A DNA stretch of 64,000 bases from Schmidtea nova (GCA_044892505.1 CM097882.1:312418001-312482000), one strand, 5' to 3'; numbered from the stretch's first letter, positions 38,501 to 49,834 are shown. Numbers and translations are program-made. The notes: generated by a model from the sequence alone, not told the origin.

Positions 38501-40119
38501 TTGCTGTAAACACTGCTAAAACAATTGGATTTGAATATCGTCCAGAAAAGTGCGCTTATATGCAATACCCTAAAATAGAAACTGTAAGCGAGATTTCTGT
38601 CAACAACGTTCTTATAAAAAAGATTGCAACAAATGAATTTTACCAATACTTGGGAGTACCAATAGGTGACAATAATGATCAAAGTCCCTATGAAATTCTA
38701 AGCAAAGTAATTGAAGACACAAAGAAAATAGCAAATTCTGATCTTTACGGCTGGCAAAAACTTAAAGCGTATAAGGTCTTTCTGCATTCTCGCTTGATTT
38801 TTCCATTTAGAACTAGGGAAATCAAAACAAGTTCTTTAGCTGATTCGAGTAAAAATTCAAAATTAAATGTAAATAATACGAGTATTTTGAGGAGTCATCT
38901 TAGAAAAATATTGCACTTGCCACACTACTCTGAGATTAGCTATTTTTATAATTCTACTGAAAACGGCGGTGCAGGCTGCATAGACTTACTTGACGAGTAT
39001 CATACACAGACAATCGTGTACTTTTTCCGTTTGTTAACATCAACGTGCGAATATTCGAAAAAGATAAATACTGACTCGCTTTTATTTGTCACAAGTCCGA
39101 GACTCGGAATCAAAAATCCAGTTCTTAAACAAAGTTTAGAATGGATAAATGGAAAAGAGAGCAAGAAAAACAACAGTGGTTGCAAAACTCGATTTTATCG
39201 GTTGCGATCATCCATTGCTTACTTTTCTAAAGTTCACAACATTAAATTGTTATTTGAAACAGTGAAAGGGAATCCTTCTATCCGTATAACCACTACACTT
39301 AAGGGAACACGTATATTATTACCAACATTAAGAAAAGCCTTGTCAATGATTTTACATTCAGCTCTCCAGGATTCGTATCTCGAGAAATGGGAGAATAGCA
39401 ATCATAATAATCTGCTTGTATCTGCGATAAAACTCTGTCCACTTGTCAACAAGCTTATTTTCCGCAGTGATTTGACAGAATTTGAATGGAGATTCGTCCA
39501 TCGAGCAAGAACGAATACATTATCAATATTTGCGAAGCCATATAAAACTGGCGAAAATCGTCTTTGTCGTAGATGTAAGCTTGAAGACGAGACTTTATCA
39601 CACGTTCTTCAAACTTGTAAAATGAACAAATCTTTGGCAACTAGTCGACATAACGCTTGCTTAGAAAAAATAAAAAGCGAGTTGAAAGATCCAAACTTGT
39701 TAGTTGTTGCGGATCATAAATGTTCCCTAGTACCGACATCAACTGAACGCGTTGATTTAATAATAACCAATAATGATAAAAAGACCATATTATTGGTAGA
39801 CATGAAATGCCCAATCGATTCGGTGCCCAACTTTGACTTGGCTGATAAAAAAAACATAGAAAAGTATGATAAACTAAAATCGGAAATTAAAATAGCCAAA
39901 CCCGATTATAAAGTTGAGTTGTTTACCTGCATCATAGGCTCATTAGGATCCATTGAAATTAAAACACCTGATCTTTTAGTAAAAATGGGTGTAAAAGAAA
40001 ATAGAGTAAAACGTCTGATGAAAGAGTGTGCAATTAGCAATATTGCGCACTCGGCCAAAATTTGGTACTTTCATACCAATGGCTTTCTTCCAGATAATAT
40101 AAGACAAACTTGTAAATAA
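35509..40119 (+). CDS. ORF2 protease-RT-CCHC-RLE, copy 5
   Basis: Same motifs. Confidence 0.95.
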   Translation: MPASAQSSAIPSNETDAESTTKNNISTIDNRDPEVWFSDNDIDWYLENHIDNPMHGYIKCFIVNIICSNITEDIVEIPPSISNAEIVFCPLNINNSHWILFVYSKKMLSSYFIDPILANRQKPINKQMAQRINLKLNRFFNLNISVSRHPHKHLEYQNNSFDCGPFTCAYAVIISKDLNSFPNGFIEKIRTSVHENQNRMQITESTLFAGTNSKMDMTKINIKKALAKKKVITNTSDMTKVLNTQKPCVSSIISKYYESNSKITVLSAELTLNLIAQNTSFIADNVTFKQFKGIDHVISIIPKFNDWCLFVYSNKLDRSYMFDFNYRNIDERLIEIGEKITEYLNQFTLVSKIKFTPHHRISHPTFHSYDDQYFASSFIVFFEKLVFERILDNDKVYDSLSALKYQSCKDLSPSLSFINGKISDKIIEEYFASLNLSTKYILLNTTMCTALSDDCTEYLKDFVNIECMMKATIIFVIISPPRANDLLMVIDYDADEHYLLSPVTNDLFVMTEGFCYKLLIKINEIRESTGRSLKSRNCRHDVKGSGLFSRLLICAFIKYYAFDRSLENINLHEIGKIIYSLVPLVDKNDNAEEERRLKSKAVNSLKLNLKQRIEKANNLIISLEHASIDEIISGILSNIPRLKDLNTDHIRTPYLGTKIEKARKFKNSTEFLSNMKKTVYRILGNNTESIAPPYQEIIDTFSHPDTLPRNWENILKFTKSSKYSLELNPMTPKEILSSLCKADNTSPGLDNVCYKDLLLLDPECKLLAFLYNKILKLDIIPTSWKSFKTILIPKPDKNGQYHKIYSWRPIALLSVIYKVFASVLANRLSLWIRNNSMLHIGQKGGSEYEGCIEHNSILSAIVEHSKYSKSSPLTIAWLDIKDAFGSVPHDYMWTLLKHINVSDRFVGILKLLYTDTSSFYCCNKMQTPDIPIKKGVKQGCPISMILFAIAINPVLESINLSNVNPFTIGTSPVQVLAYADDIALIATNTSDLQILINVAVNTAKTIGFEYRPEKCAYMQYPKIETVSEISVNNVLIKKIATNEFYQYLGVPIGDNNDQSPYEILSKVIEDTKKIANSDLYGWQKLKAYKVFLHSRLIFPFRTREIKTSSLADSSKNSKLNVNNTSILRSHLRKILHLPHYSEISYFYNSTENGGAGCIDLLDEYHTQTIVYFFRLLTSTCEYSKKINTDSLLFVTSPRLGIKNPVLKQSLEWINGKESKKNNSGCKTRFYRLRSSIAYFSKVHNIKLLFETVKGNPSIRITTTLKGTRILLPTLRKALSMILHSALQDSYLEKWENSNHNNLLVSAIKLCPLVNKLIFRSDLTEFEWRFVHRARTNTLSIFAKPYKTGENRLCRRCKLEDETLSHVLQTCKMNKSLATSRHNACLEKIKSELKDPNLLVVADHKCSLVPTSTERVDLIITNNDKKTILLVDMKCPIDSVPNFDLADKKNIEKYDKLKSEIKIAKPDYKVELFTCIIGSLGSIEIKTPDLLVKMGVKENRVKRLMKECAISNIAHSAKIWYFHTNGFLPDNIRQTCK

Positions 40120-40471
40120 ATAATTATATATATATAAATATTTGCTTTTTAAACTCTGTAAATAAAATTTAAAGTAAATATTTTGTAAAGTAATTTTTGT
40201 ATTAAATATCCAATCTTTTTAATCTGATAAATTGTCTTTGAGAGTTATTAAATTGGGAGACCAAGTATTCTGCAACGTATGTCACTTATTCTAGACTTAT
40301 CAACTTCAAAAGAATACAGTCGCAAAGCTGGATGAAGAAATCCAAAGAACCAGAAACTTCCATTCAGATTGAACAATTGTATTTTGACTGTGATTGTTTA
40401 GGGACTAATCCATGTTGATTAGATAATCTGTAAAAAAATATGTCAAACTTGTTATATTTAATAAATGTTTA

Positions 40472-40526
40472 TTATCACGTCTGCCTAACACGCAGAAGGT
40501 CCCCGGTTCGATCCCGGGTCGAACCA
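40472..40526 (+). pseudogene. 5'-truncated tRNA-Val, nt 19-73
   Basis: Same junction. Confidence 0.95.
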
Positions 40527-40706
40527 AATTTTTCTCAATTCATTATTTGACTTTTATTATATTTGCAACTCTTTTTTTAATTCATAACGCAATTTTGTTG
40601 TTGAATTCTCTACTTTGTACATAAATTTTATTCAAGTGAATTCAGTACATTTTGTCAAGGTAATTCGAAAATCAAACATGCACAACAATTGTTAGTTGAA
40701 ACTGTC

Positions 40707-40779
40707 GGTTCGATGGTGTAGCGGTTATCACGTCTGCCTAACACGCAGAAGGTCCCCGGTTCGATCCCGGGTCGAACCA
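40707..40779 (+). tRNA. trnV: tRNA-Val(AAC)
   Basis: Identical unit. Confidence 0.97.
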
Positions 40780-40908
40780 AATTTTTCTCAATTCATTATT
40801 TGACTTTTATTATATTTGCAACTCTTTTTTTAATTCATAACGCAATTTTGTTGTTGAATTCTCTACTTTGTACATAAATTTTATTCAAGTGAATTCTTTC
40901 AAGGTTCG

Positions 40909-43542
40909 ATGACTCAATCACCTGCTGCTCAGTCAACTGCTGCTGATGTAATGACTCAGTCTATTGCAAATCAGTCAACTGTGACGAAGCAATATGAATT
41001 AGAAAACATTCTCAAATATCAAATTGCTAACTTGCAATATTTTCAATCGATTTTGGATTATTTTTCTCAACTAAATGGTGGAAATCTCGCTACTGCCTCA
41101 GTTCTATCTGATGCGAATGCAAGTCAACGGAGTTCTTTCGATCAAGGATCTAAAATTTCTCAAAACCAATCTGATAATATGCCACTTTCTTATGCTGATA
41201 TTGAGACTAAATTCACTAAATCAAAGGATTTACTGATTGTCAAGCGCCTGGATTCATTGGAGTCTCAATTTATGAATATGGCTGAAAAGTTAGATTATTT
41301 GGTTTCTTTGTTTAATGGCTCTGTTGATGATTTATCAGATTTTCCTAAAGTAAATGAAAATAATTTAAATAATAATCCTTTCAATAAAAATAAAGTTTTT
41401 GATATCAAAGATAAATTAATTGTAAATAATGTAGTTTTAGATAAATCAAATATTTCAGAATTTATTGAAAATAATATTGCTAAAATTCCTAATAGTTTAA
41501 TTGATGTAAATAATAAAATGTGTAATTCAAATAATAAATTTCTAAATAACCCTAATAAAGAGAATGTTAAACATTTTAATAATCCCAAAGATACATCTTC
41601 AATTGATTTGACTAACGATAAAATTATGCCAAATGAAAACATAGAAATAATTATTAAAAATAATAAAAAATCTGTTAAAATTATAGAACCTTATAAAACA
41701 ACTAAAGAGAAGTATGATAAATTTGAATTTAAAAGTCTGGTTCGTATTTTAACGAAAAGGGAACGCCAGAAAATCTTGAATGCCTTCCCTGCTTTAATAC
41801 AACTAATTAAAAAGAAAGAATCACAGAGTAAATATTTTGAAATTAATAAATTTCTTTCGAGCAAAGATTTTAATGTGAATCACTTGAATTTAAATAATTT
41901 TGATTATTTTTTCTATAGAAATTGTAATCTTTGTGTATCTTTAAAATTGAACAACGCTCCTGTCATTTCATCAGCACCAAAACCTGTTGTTTTAAAAACT
42001 ATTAAATTAATTGACCATAATATCGTCAAAATAAATTCTGAAATCCCTGACTTTGTTCGAGCTCCAATGTCAATTCGAAGATTTTTATTCAATCTTTCGC
42101 ACGATCTTTCAAACACTGTTTCCATCAAGGATGAGAAACACAGGGGAAATAAAATAAATAACATTCTTACTTCAATGAAACATAAACAACAATTACCAGA
42201 TTATTTAATAAAATCAAACATTAAATACGAAAATGGTGAGTTCTTATTATTAGATTTGACTAACGATAAAATCAAATTGAACGACGATAATAACTTGATA
42301 AAATCAAATTTTTCTGAACTTACTAGAAGTCAGATTAAAAATCTTTACTATTCTTATCCTTCTCTTAAGGAAGTTTGTTTCGTTGAAAATCTTGAAACAA
42401 GATCATCATCCGTTAGTAAAATTATCGAATCTTTAAAGTTAATTAATGAATTTCCAAAAAATATCATTTTTAAAGAGGGTAAATTTTATCAGTCTGATAA
42501 AAGAACAATCTCACCTAGTAGTTCTCCTGACATAATGTTCAATCTTGGTCTTTTTAATTTGGCTAGTATGAGTAGAAAAGATTGTGAATTAAAATCCATT
42601 TTAGAGAAGACTGGTTGTGACTTTAAAATAGTTGAAATAATATTCTACCTCAACTATTTAGGCTTGACTCAATCTTTAGAATTTTGCAAAAATCAAACTT
42701 ATTCTGATTATGTGAGGAATTACGTCTGTAATTGCTGCTTGATAAACTCACTCTGTAGTATTGCTGATGTTGATTCGCTTTCATCTGAAGATTTTGAGGG
42801 TTGGGCGACCGAAATTGTTCAGAAAATCCCAGTTTCTTCCTATTACTTCAATAGCTGCCAGGAAAAGCTTTTAAAGCTGAAGCAATGGGACATTTCAACT
42901 AAAATCAAAAGAATCCATAACGTTATTTCACCTGAAATAATATCTTATTTAAATAACTTTCTTGACTCTGTAGACGTAAAATTTCCATCTAAGTCTCAAC
43001 AACATAATATTCTAATTAAATTAATGAAAGCTATCAATGACATTAAAATTTTTGATGACATACACGGAAATAAAGCAAAAAGACTTGTTTACTTTTTGCT
43101 AAGAGATGCCAAGAAATATTTGAATAAAAATCAACGATTCAGATTATTTGAATCGAGCAATAAATATTGCACTTTAGAGATGGAGAATATAATTTCAGTA
43201 ATAATTGAGAACCTTACCAAAGTTACTGACCATGAAGTTACTACTCCTGAAATCACAGTTGAAGAAACGCCAATTGAAATAACTTGTGATCCTGAACCTA
43301 TCGTCTTGATTAAGGAAATAAACTGTTTAAAATGTAACAATATCATCGAAAAATGCATTCTTGTTAGAGATGGAACAAACGTCAACATCTGTGAAAGCTG
43401 TCTATTTGACGCAATTACCTTTGAAAAGCCGATTCCTGAAGCTACTAATTCGGATATCGAAGAAAATATAGAAACAAATTGTAAGAAATCTTGTCCAAGA
43501 CCTAGAAAAACAGACAAGAAAACATCAACCAAAGCAAAATGA
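40909..43542 (+). CDS. ORF1 (877 aa), copy 6
   Basis: ORF track. Confidence 0.92.
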   Translation: MTQSPAAQSTAADVMTQSIANQSTVTKQYELENILKYQIANLQYFQSILDYFSQLNGGNLATASVLSDANASQRSSFDQGSKISQNQSDNMPLSYADIETKFTKSKDLLIVKRLDSLESQFMNMAEKLDYLVSLFNGSVDDLSDFPKVNENNLNNNPFNKNKVFDIKDKLIVNNVVLDKSNISEFIENNIAKIPNSLIDVNNKMCNSNNKFLNNPNKENVKHFNNPKDTSSIDLTNDKIMPNENIEIIIKNNKKSVKIIEPYKTTKEKYDKFEFKSLVRILTKRERQKILNAFPALIQLIKKKESQSKYFEINKFLSSKDFNVNHLNLNNFDYFFYRNCNLCVSLKLNNAPVISSAPKPVVLKTIKLIDHNIVKINSEIPDFVRAPMSIRRFLFNLSHDLSNTVSIKDEKHRGNKINNILTSMKHKQQLPDYLIKSNIKYENGEFLLLDLTNDKIKLNDDNNLIKSNFSELTRSQIKNLYYSYPSLKEVCFVENLETRSSSVSKIIESLKLINEFPKNIIFKEGKFYQSDKRTISPSSSPDIMFNLGLFNLASMSRKDCELKSILEKTGCDFKIVEIIFYLNYLGLTQSLEFCKNQTYSDYVRNYVCNCCLINSLCSIADVDSLSSEDFEGWATEIVQKIPVSSYYFNSCQEKLLKLKQWDISTKIKRIHNVISPEIISYLNNFLDSVDVKFPSKSQQHNILIKLMKAINDIKIFDDIHGNKAKRLVYFLLRDAKKYLNKNQRFRLFESSNKYCTLEMENIISVIIENLTKVTDHEVTTPEITVEETPIEITCDPEPIVLIKEINCLKCNNIIEKCILVRDGTNVNICESCLFDAITFEKPIPEATNSDIEENIETNCKKSCPRPRKTDKKTSTKAK

Positions 43543-43608
43543 AGATGTGTGCCTGCATCAGCTCAATCGTCTGCCATTCCCTCTAATGAGACTGATGCAG
43601 AGAGCACA
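43540..43608 (+). promoter_or_regulatory. Candidate UGA readthrough signal, copy 6
   Basis: Same stop + stem-loop. Confidence 0.65.
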
Positions 43609-46600
43609 ACTAAAAATAATATTTCAACTATCGACAATCGTGATCCTGAAGTGTGGTTTTCTGATAATGATATTGATTGGTATCTTGAAAACCACATTGA
43701 TAATCCAATGCATGGATATATTAAATGCTTTATAGTAAATATCATCTGTTCTAACATCACAGAAGATATTGTTGAAATTCCACCATCTATTAGCAATGCT
43801 GAAATTGTATTTTGTCCACTCAACATTAACAATTCGCACTGGATTCTTTTTGTTTATAGTAAGAAAATGTTATCTTCTTACTTTATTGACCCAATCCTTG
43901 CAAACAGACAAAAGCCAATCAATAAACAAATGGCTCAGAGAATTAACCTAAAACTGAATAGATTTTTTAATCTAAATATATCTGTGTCCCGACATCCACA
44001 CAAACATCTTGAATATCAAAATAACAGCTTTGATTGTGGCCCATTTACGTGTGCTTATGCTGTGATTATCAGTAAAGATTTGAACAGCTTTCCAAATGGG
44101 TTCATAGAGAAAATTCGTACCAGTGTGCATGAAAATCAAAATCGTATGCAAATAACCGAATCCACCTTATTCGCTGGTACTAACTCCAAGATGGACATGA
44201 CCAAAATAAATATCAAGAAAGCCCTTGCAAAAAAGAAAGTCATCACCAACACCTCAGATATGACCAAAGTATTGAACACTCAAAAACCGTGTGTGTCATC
44301 AATAATTAGTAAATATTACGAAAGTAATTCTAAAATAACAGTCTTATCTGCCGAACTAACTTTAAACCTAATTGCACAAAATACCTCCTTCATAGCTGAT
44401 AATGTCACTTTCAAGCAGTTCAAAGGAATCGATCATGTTATAAGTATCATTCCTAAATTTAACGATTGGTGTCTCTTTGTCTATTCGAATAAACTTGACA
44501 GGAGCTACATGTTCGACTTCAATTATCGAAACATTGATGAAAGGCTAATTGAAATTGGTGAAAAGATAACTGAATATCTGAATCAATTCACTCTTGTTTC
44601 TAAAATAAAATTCACACCTCATCATAGAATTTCTCATCCAACATTTCATTCTTACGATGATCAATATTTTGCAAGTTCTTTTATTGTATTTTTTGAGAAA
44701 CTTGTCTTTGAAAGAATACTGGACAATGATAAGGTTTATGACTCATTAAGTGCTCTAAAATATCAGTCTTGTAAAGATCTTTCTCCTAGCCTAAGTTTCA
44801 TTAATGGTAAAATATCCGACAAAATTATTGAGGAATATTTTGCTAGCCTAAACTTATCGACCAAATATATTCTTCTAAACACAACAATGTGTACTGCGCT
44901 TTCAGATGATTGCACTGAATACTTGAAAGACTTTGTAAACATTGAGTGCATGATGAAGGCTACTATAATCTTTGTAATCATTTCTCCTCCAAGAGCCAAC
45001 GACTTGCTCATGGTTATTGATTACGACGCTGATGAGCACTATTTATTAAGCCCAGTCACTAATGACTTGTTCGTTATGACTGAAGGATTCTGCTATAAAT
45101 TACTAATTAAAATTAATGAGATTAGAGAGAGCACAGGACGTTCCTTGAAATCGCGTAATTGTCGACATGACGTTAAAGGTTCTGGCTTATTTAGTAGGTT
45201 ATTAATCTGTGCCTTTATTAAATATTATGCATTTGACCGATCTCTAGAAAATATCAATCTTCATGAAATTGGCAAAATTATCTACTCACTTGTGCCATTA
45301 GTTGATAAAAATGATAATGCTGAGGAAGAAAGACGACTAAAATCAAAAGCTGTAAACTCTTTAAAACTAAATTTAAAACAGCGAATAGAAAAAGCCAATA
45401 ATCTTATAATTTCACTTGAACACGCCAGTATTGATGAAATCATAAGTGGCATTCTTTCAAATATTCCTCGTCTTAAAGATTTGAACACCGATCACATTCG
45501 TACACCATATTTAGGTACTAAAATAGAAAAAGCTAGAAAATTCAAAAATTCCACTGAGTTTCTGTCAAACATGAAAAAGACTGTGTATAGGATTTTGGGT
45601 AACAACACAGAATCAATTGCACCTCCTTATCAGGAAATTATTGACACTTTCAGTCATCCTGATACATTACCTAGAAATTGGGAAAACATCTTAAAATTCA
45701 CTAAGAGTTCTAAATATAGTCTTGAATTAAATCCAATGACACCTAAAGAAATCCTTTCAAGTCTTTGCAAAGCTGACAACACTTCTCCAGGTCTTGATAA
45801 TGTTTGTTATAAAGATCTTTTGTTATTAGACCCTGAATGTAAATTGCTAGCTTTTCTGTACAATAAAATCCTAAAATTAGACATTATTCCTACAAGTTGG
45901 AAATCATTTAAAACGATACTAATCCCCAAACCAGATAAAAATGGCCAATATCATAAAATATATTCTTGGCGACCAATTGCCTTATTATCTGTCATTTACA
46001 AAGTCTTCGCTTCAGTTTTGGCAAATCGTCTAAGCTTATGGATAAGAAATAATTCCATGTTACACATTGGCCAAAAGGGTGGTTCGGAGTACGAAGGATG
46101 TATTGAACACAACTCTATTCTTTCTGCTATCGTCGAACATTCAAAATACAGCAAGTCTTCACCTTTAACGATAGCTTGGCTAGACATCAAAGATGCCTTC
46201 GGAAGTGTTCCACATGACTACATGTGGACACTGTTAAAACACATAAATGTTAGTGATAGGTTTGTAGGAATTTTAAAACTGCTCTATACTGATACAAGCT
46301 CGTTTTATTGTTGCAATAAAATGCAGACACCGGATATTCCAATAAAGAAAGGAGTTAAACAAGGTTGTCCGATCTCAATGATATTGTTTGCAATAGCTAT
46401 TAACCCAGTACTTGAGTCTATTAATCTATCAAACGTTAATCCTTTTACGATTGGAACATCTCCGGTACAGGTTTTGGCTTATGCGGATGATATCGCACTT
46501 ATCGCGACAAATACCTCTGATCTGCAAATACTCATAAACGTTGCTGTAAACACCGCTAAAACAATTGGATTTGAATATCGTCCAGAAAAGTGCGCTTATA

Positions 46601-48159
46601 TGCAATTCCCTAAAATAGAAACTGTAAGCGAGATTTCTGTCAACAACGTTCTTATCAAAAAGATTGCAACAAATGAATTTTACCAATACTTGGGAGTACC
46701 AATAGGTGACAATAATGATCAAAGTCCCTATGAAATTCTAAGCAAAGTAATTGAAGACACAAAGAAAATAGCAAATTCTGATCTTTACGGCTGGCAAAAA
46801 CTTAAAGCGTATAAGGTCTTTCTGCATTCTCGCTTGATTTTTCCATTTAGAACTAGGGAAATCAAAACAAGTTCTTTAGCTGATTCGAGTAAAAATTCAA
46901 AATTAAATGTAAATAATACGAGTATTTTGAGGAGTCATCTTAGAAAAATATTGCACTTGCCACACTACTCTGAGATTAGCTATTTTTATAATTCTACTGA
47001 AAACGGCGGTGCAGGCTGCATAGACTTACTTGACGAGTATCATACACAGACAATCGTGTACTTTTTCCGTTTGTTAACATCAACGTGCGAATATTCGAAA
47101 AAAATAAATACTGACTCGCTTTTATTTGTCACAAGTCCGAGACTCGGAATCAAAAATCCAGTTCTTAAACAAAGTTTAGAATGGATAAATGGAAAAGACA
47201 GCAAGAAAAACAACAGTGGTTGCAAAACTCGATTTTATCGGTTGCGATCATCCATTGCTTACTTTTCTAAAGTTCACAACATTAAATTGTTATTTGAAAC
47301 AGTGAAAGGGAATCCTTCTATCCGTATAACCACTACACTTAAGGGAACACGTATATTATTACCAACATTAAGAAAAGCCTTGTCAATGATTTTACATTCA
47401 GCTCTCCAGGATTCGTATCTCGAGAAATGGGAGAATAGCAATCATAATAATCTGCTTGTATCTGCGATAAAACTCTGTCCACTTGTCAACAAGCTTATTT
47501 TCCGCAGTGATTTGACAGAATTTGAATGGAGATTCGTCCATCGAGCAAGAACGAATACATTATCAATATTTGCGAAGCCATATAAAACTGGCGAAAATCG
47601 TCTTTGTCGTAGATGTAAGCTTGAAGACGAGACTTTATCACACGTTCTTCAAACTTGTAAAATGAACAAATCTTTGGCAACTAGTCGACATAACGCTTGC
47701 TTAGAAAAAATAAAAAGCGAGTTGAAAGATCCAAACTTGTTAGTTGTTGCGGATCATAAATGTTCCCTAGTACCGACATCAACTGAACGCGTTGATTTAA
47801 TAATAACCAATAATGATAAAAAGACCATATTATTGGTAGACATGAAATGCCCAATCGATTCGGTGCCCAACTTTGACTTGGCTGATAAAAAAAACATAGA
47901 AAAGTATGATAAACTAAAATCAGAAATTAAAATAGCCAAACCCGATTATAAAGTTGAGTTGTTTACCTGCATCATAGGCTCATTAGGATCCATTGAAATT
48001 AAAACACCTGATCTTTTAGTAAAAATGGGAGTAAAAGAAAATAAAGTAAAACGTCTGATGAAAGAGTGTGCAATTAGCAATATTGCGCACTCGGCCAAAA
48101 TTTGGTACTTTCATACCAATGGCTTTCTTCCAGATAATATAAGACAAACTTGTAAATAA
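43549..48159 (+). CDS. ORF2 protease-RT-CCHC-RLE, copy 6
   Basis: Same motifs. Confidence 0.95.
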   Translation: MPASAQSSAIPSNETDAESTTKNNISTIDNRDPEVWFSDNDIDWYLENHIDNPMHGYIKCFIVNIICSNITEDIVEIPPSISNAEIVFCPLNINNSHWILFVYSKKMLSSYFIDPILANRQKPINKQMAQRINLKLNRFFNLNISVSRHPHKHLEYQNNSFDCGPFTCAYAVIISKDLNSFPNGFIEKIRTSVHENQNRMQITESTLFAGTNSKMDMTKINIKKALAKKKVITNTSDMTKVLNTQKPCVSSIISKYYESNSKITVLSAELTLNLIAQNTSFIADNVTFKQFKGIDHVISIIPKFNDWCLFVYSNKLDRSYMFDFNYRNIDERLIEIGEKITEYLNQFTLVSKIKFTPHHRISHPTFHSYDDQYFASSFIVFFEKLVFERILDNDKVYDSLSALKYQSCKDLSPSLSFINGKISDKIIEEYFASLNLSTKYILLNTTMCTALSDDCTEYLKDFVNIECMMKATIIFVIISPPRANDLLMVIDYDADEHYLLSPVTNDLFVMTEGFCYKLLIKINEIRESTGRSLKSRNCRHDVKGSGLFSRLLICAFIKYYAFDRSLENINLHEIGKIIYSLVPLVDKNDNAEEERRLKSKAVNSLKLNLKQRIEKANNLIISLEHASIDEIISGILSNIPRLKDLNTDHIRTPYLGTKIEKARKFKNSTEFLSNMKKTVYRILGNNTESIAPPYQEIIDTFSHPDTLPRNWENILKFTKSSKYSLELNPMTPKEILSSLCKADNTSPGLDNVCYKDLLLLDPECKLLAFLYNKILKLDIIPTSWKSFKTILIPKPDKNGQYHKIYSWRPIALLSVIYKVFASVLANRLSLWIRNNSMLHIGQKGGSEYEGCIEHNSILSAIVEHSKYSKSSPLTIAWLDIKDAFGSVPHDYMWTLLKHINVSDRFVGILKLLYTDTSSFYCCNKMQTPDIPIKKGVKQGCPISMILFAIAINPVLESINLSNVNPFTIGTSPVQVLAYADDIALIATNTSDLQILINVAVNTAKTIGFEYRPEKCAYMQFPKIETVSEISVNNVLIKKIATNEFYQYLGVPIGDNNDQSPYEILSKVIEDTKKIANSDLYGWQKLKAYKVFLHSRLIFPFRTREIKTSSLADSSKNSKLNVNNTSILRSHLRKILHLPHYSEISYFYNSTENGGAGCIDLLDEYHTQTIVYFFRLLTSTCEYSKKINTDSLLFVTSPRLGIKNPVLKQSLEWINGKDSKKNNSGCKTRFYRLRSSIAYFSKVHNIKLLFETVKGNPSIRITTTLKGTRILLPTLRKALSMILHSALQDSYLEKWENSNHNNLLVSAIKLCPLVNKLIFRSDLTEFEWRFVHRARTNTLSIFAKPYKTGENRLCRRCKLEDETLSHVLQTCKMNKSLATSRHNACLEKIKSELKDPNLLVVADHKCSLVPTSTERVDLIITNNDKKTILLVDMKCPIDSVPNFDLADKKNIEKYDKLKSEIKIAKPDYKVELFTCIIGSLGSIEIKTPDLLVKMGVKENKVKRLMKECAISNIAHSAKIWYFHTNGFLPDNIRQTCK

Positions 48160-48514
48160 ATAATTATATATATATATAAATATTTGCTTTTTAAACTCTG
48201 TAAATAAAATTTAAAGTAAATATTTTGTAAAGTAATTTTTGTATTAAATATCAAATCTTTTTAATCTGATAAATTGTCTTTGAGAGTTATTAAATTGGGA
48301 GACCAAGTATTCTGCAACGTATGTCACTTATTCTAGACTTATCAACTTCAAAATAATACAGTCGCAAAGCTGGATGACGAAATCCAAAGAACCAGAAACT
48401 TCCATTCAGATTGAACAATTATATTTTGACTGTGATTGTTTAGGCACTAATCCATGTTGATTAGATAATCTGTAAAAAAAATATGTCAAACTTGTTATAT
48501 TTAATAAATGTTTA

Positions 48515-48569
48515 TTATCACGTCTGCCTAACACGCAGAAGGTCCCCGGTTCGATCCCGGGTCGAACCA
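48515..48569 (+). pseudogene. 5'-truncated tRNA-Val, nt 19-73
   Basis: Same junction. Confidence 0.95.
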
Positions 48570-48749
48570 AATTTTTCTCAATTCATTATTTGACTTTTAT
48601 TATATTTGCAACTCTTTTTTTAATTCATAACGCAATTTTGTTGTTGAATTCTCTACTTTGTACATAAATTTTATTCAAGTGAATTCAGTACATTTTGTCA
48701 AGGTAATTCGAAAATCAAACATGCACAACAATTGTTAGTTGAAACTGTC

Positions 48750-48822
48750 GGTTCGATGGTGTAGCGGTTATCACGTCTGCCTAACACGCAGAAGGTCCCC
48801 GGTTCGATCCCGGGTCGAACCA
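48750..48822 (+). tRNA. trnV: tRNA-Val(AAC)
   Basis: Identical unit. Confidence 0.97.
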
Positions 48823-49002
48823 AATTTTTCTCAATTCATTATTTGACTTTTATTATATTTGCAACTCTTTTTTTAATTCATAACGCAATTTTGTTGTTGA
48901 ATTCTCTACTTTGTACATAAATTTTATTCAAGTGAATTCAGTACATTTTGTCAAGGTAATTCGAAAATCAAACATGCACAACAATTGTTAGTTGAAACTG
49001 TC

Positions 49003-49075
49003 GGTTCGATGGTGTAGCGGTTATCACGTCTGCCTAACACGCAGAAGGTCCCCGGTTCGATCCCGGGTCGAACCA
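49003..49075 (+). tRNA. trnV: tRNA-Val(AAC)
   Basis: Identical unit. Confidence 0.97.
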
Positions 49076-49255
49076 AATTTTTCTCAATTCATTATTTGAC
49101 TTTTATTATATTTGCAACTCTTTTTTTAATTCATAACGCAATTTTGTTGTTGAATTCTCTACTTTGTACATAAATTTTATTCAAGTGAATTCAGTACATT
49201 TTGTCAAGGTAATTCGAAAATCAAACATGCACAACAATTGTTAGTTGAAACTGTC

Positions 49256-49328
49256 GGTTCGATGGTGTAGCGGTTATCACGTCTGCCTAACACGCAGAAG
49301 GTCCCCGGTTCGATCCCGGGTCGAACTA
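49256..49328 (+). tRNA. trnV: tRNA-Val(AAC) variant C72T (G1:U72 wobble)
   Basis: Ends TCGAACTA instead of TCGAACCA (49327). Confidence 0.9.
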
Positions 49329-49508
49329 AATTTTTCTCAATTCATTATTTGACTTTTATTATATTTGCAACTCTTTTTTTAATTCATAACGCAATTTTGT
49401 TGTTGAATTCTCTACTTTGTACATAAATTTTATTCAAGTGAATTCAGTACATTTTGTCAAGGTAATTCGAAAATCAAACATGCACAACAATTGTTAGTTG
49501 AAACTGTC

Positions 49509-49581
49509 GGTTCGATGGTGTAGCGGTTATCACGTCTGCCTAACACGCAGAAGGTCCCCGGTTCGATCCCGGGTCGAACCA
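49509..49581 (+). tRNA. trnV: tRNA-Val(AAC)
   Basis: Identical unit. Confidence 0.97.
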
Positions 49582-49761
49582 AATTTTTCTCAATTCATTA
49601 TTTGACTTTTATTATATTTGCAACTCTTTTTTTAATTCATAACGCAATTTTGTTGTTGAATTCTCTACTTTGTACATAAATTTTATTCAAGTGAATTCAG
49701 TACATTTTGTCAAGGTAATTCGAAAATCAAACATGCACAACAATTGTTAGTTGAAACTGTC

Positions 49762-49834
49762 GGTTCGATGGTGTAGCGGTTATCACGTCTGCCTAACACG
49801 CAGAAGGTCCCCGGTTCGATCCCGGGTCGAACCA
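49762..49834 (+). tRNA. trnV: tRNA-Val(AAC)
   Basis: Identical unit. Confidence 0.97.

Larger units (their letters stand above)
32815..40471 (+). mobile_element. Non-LTR retrotransposon copy 5, full length (7657 bp), type-A 5' junction
   Basis: Both ORFs intact; 3' UTR 3 nt shorter (one AT unit and one A fewer). Confidence 0.96.
40472..40896 (+). repeat. tRNA-Val array block 5 (1 truncated + 1 intact)
   Basis: 253-bp unit. Confidence 0.96.
40897..48514 (+). mobile_element. Non-LTR retrotransposon copy 6, type-B 5' junction (12-nt leader), both ORFs intact
   Basis: Spacer GTGAATTC joined to TTTCAAGGTTCGATG. Confidence 0.96.
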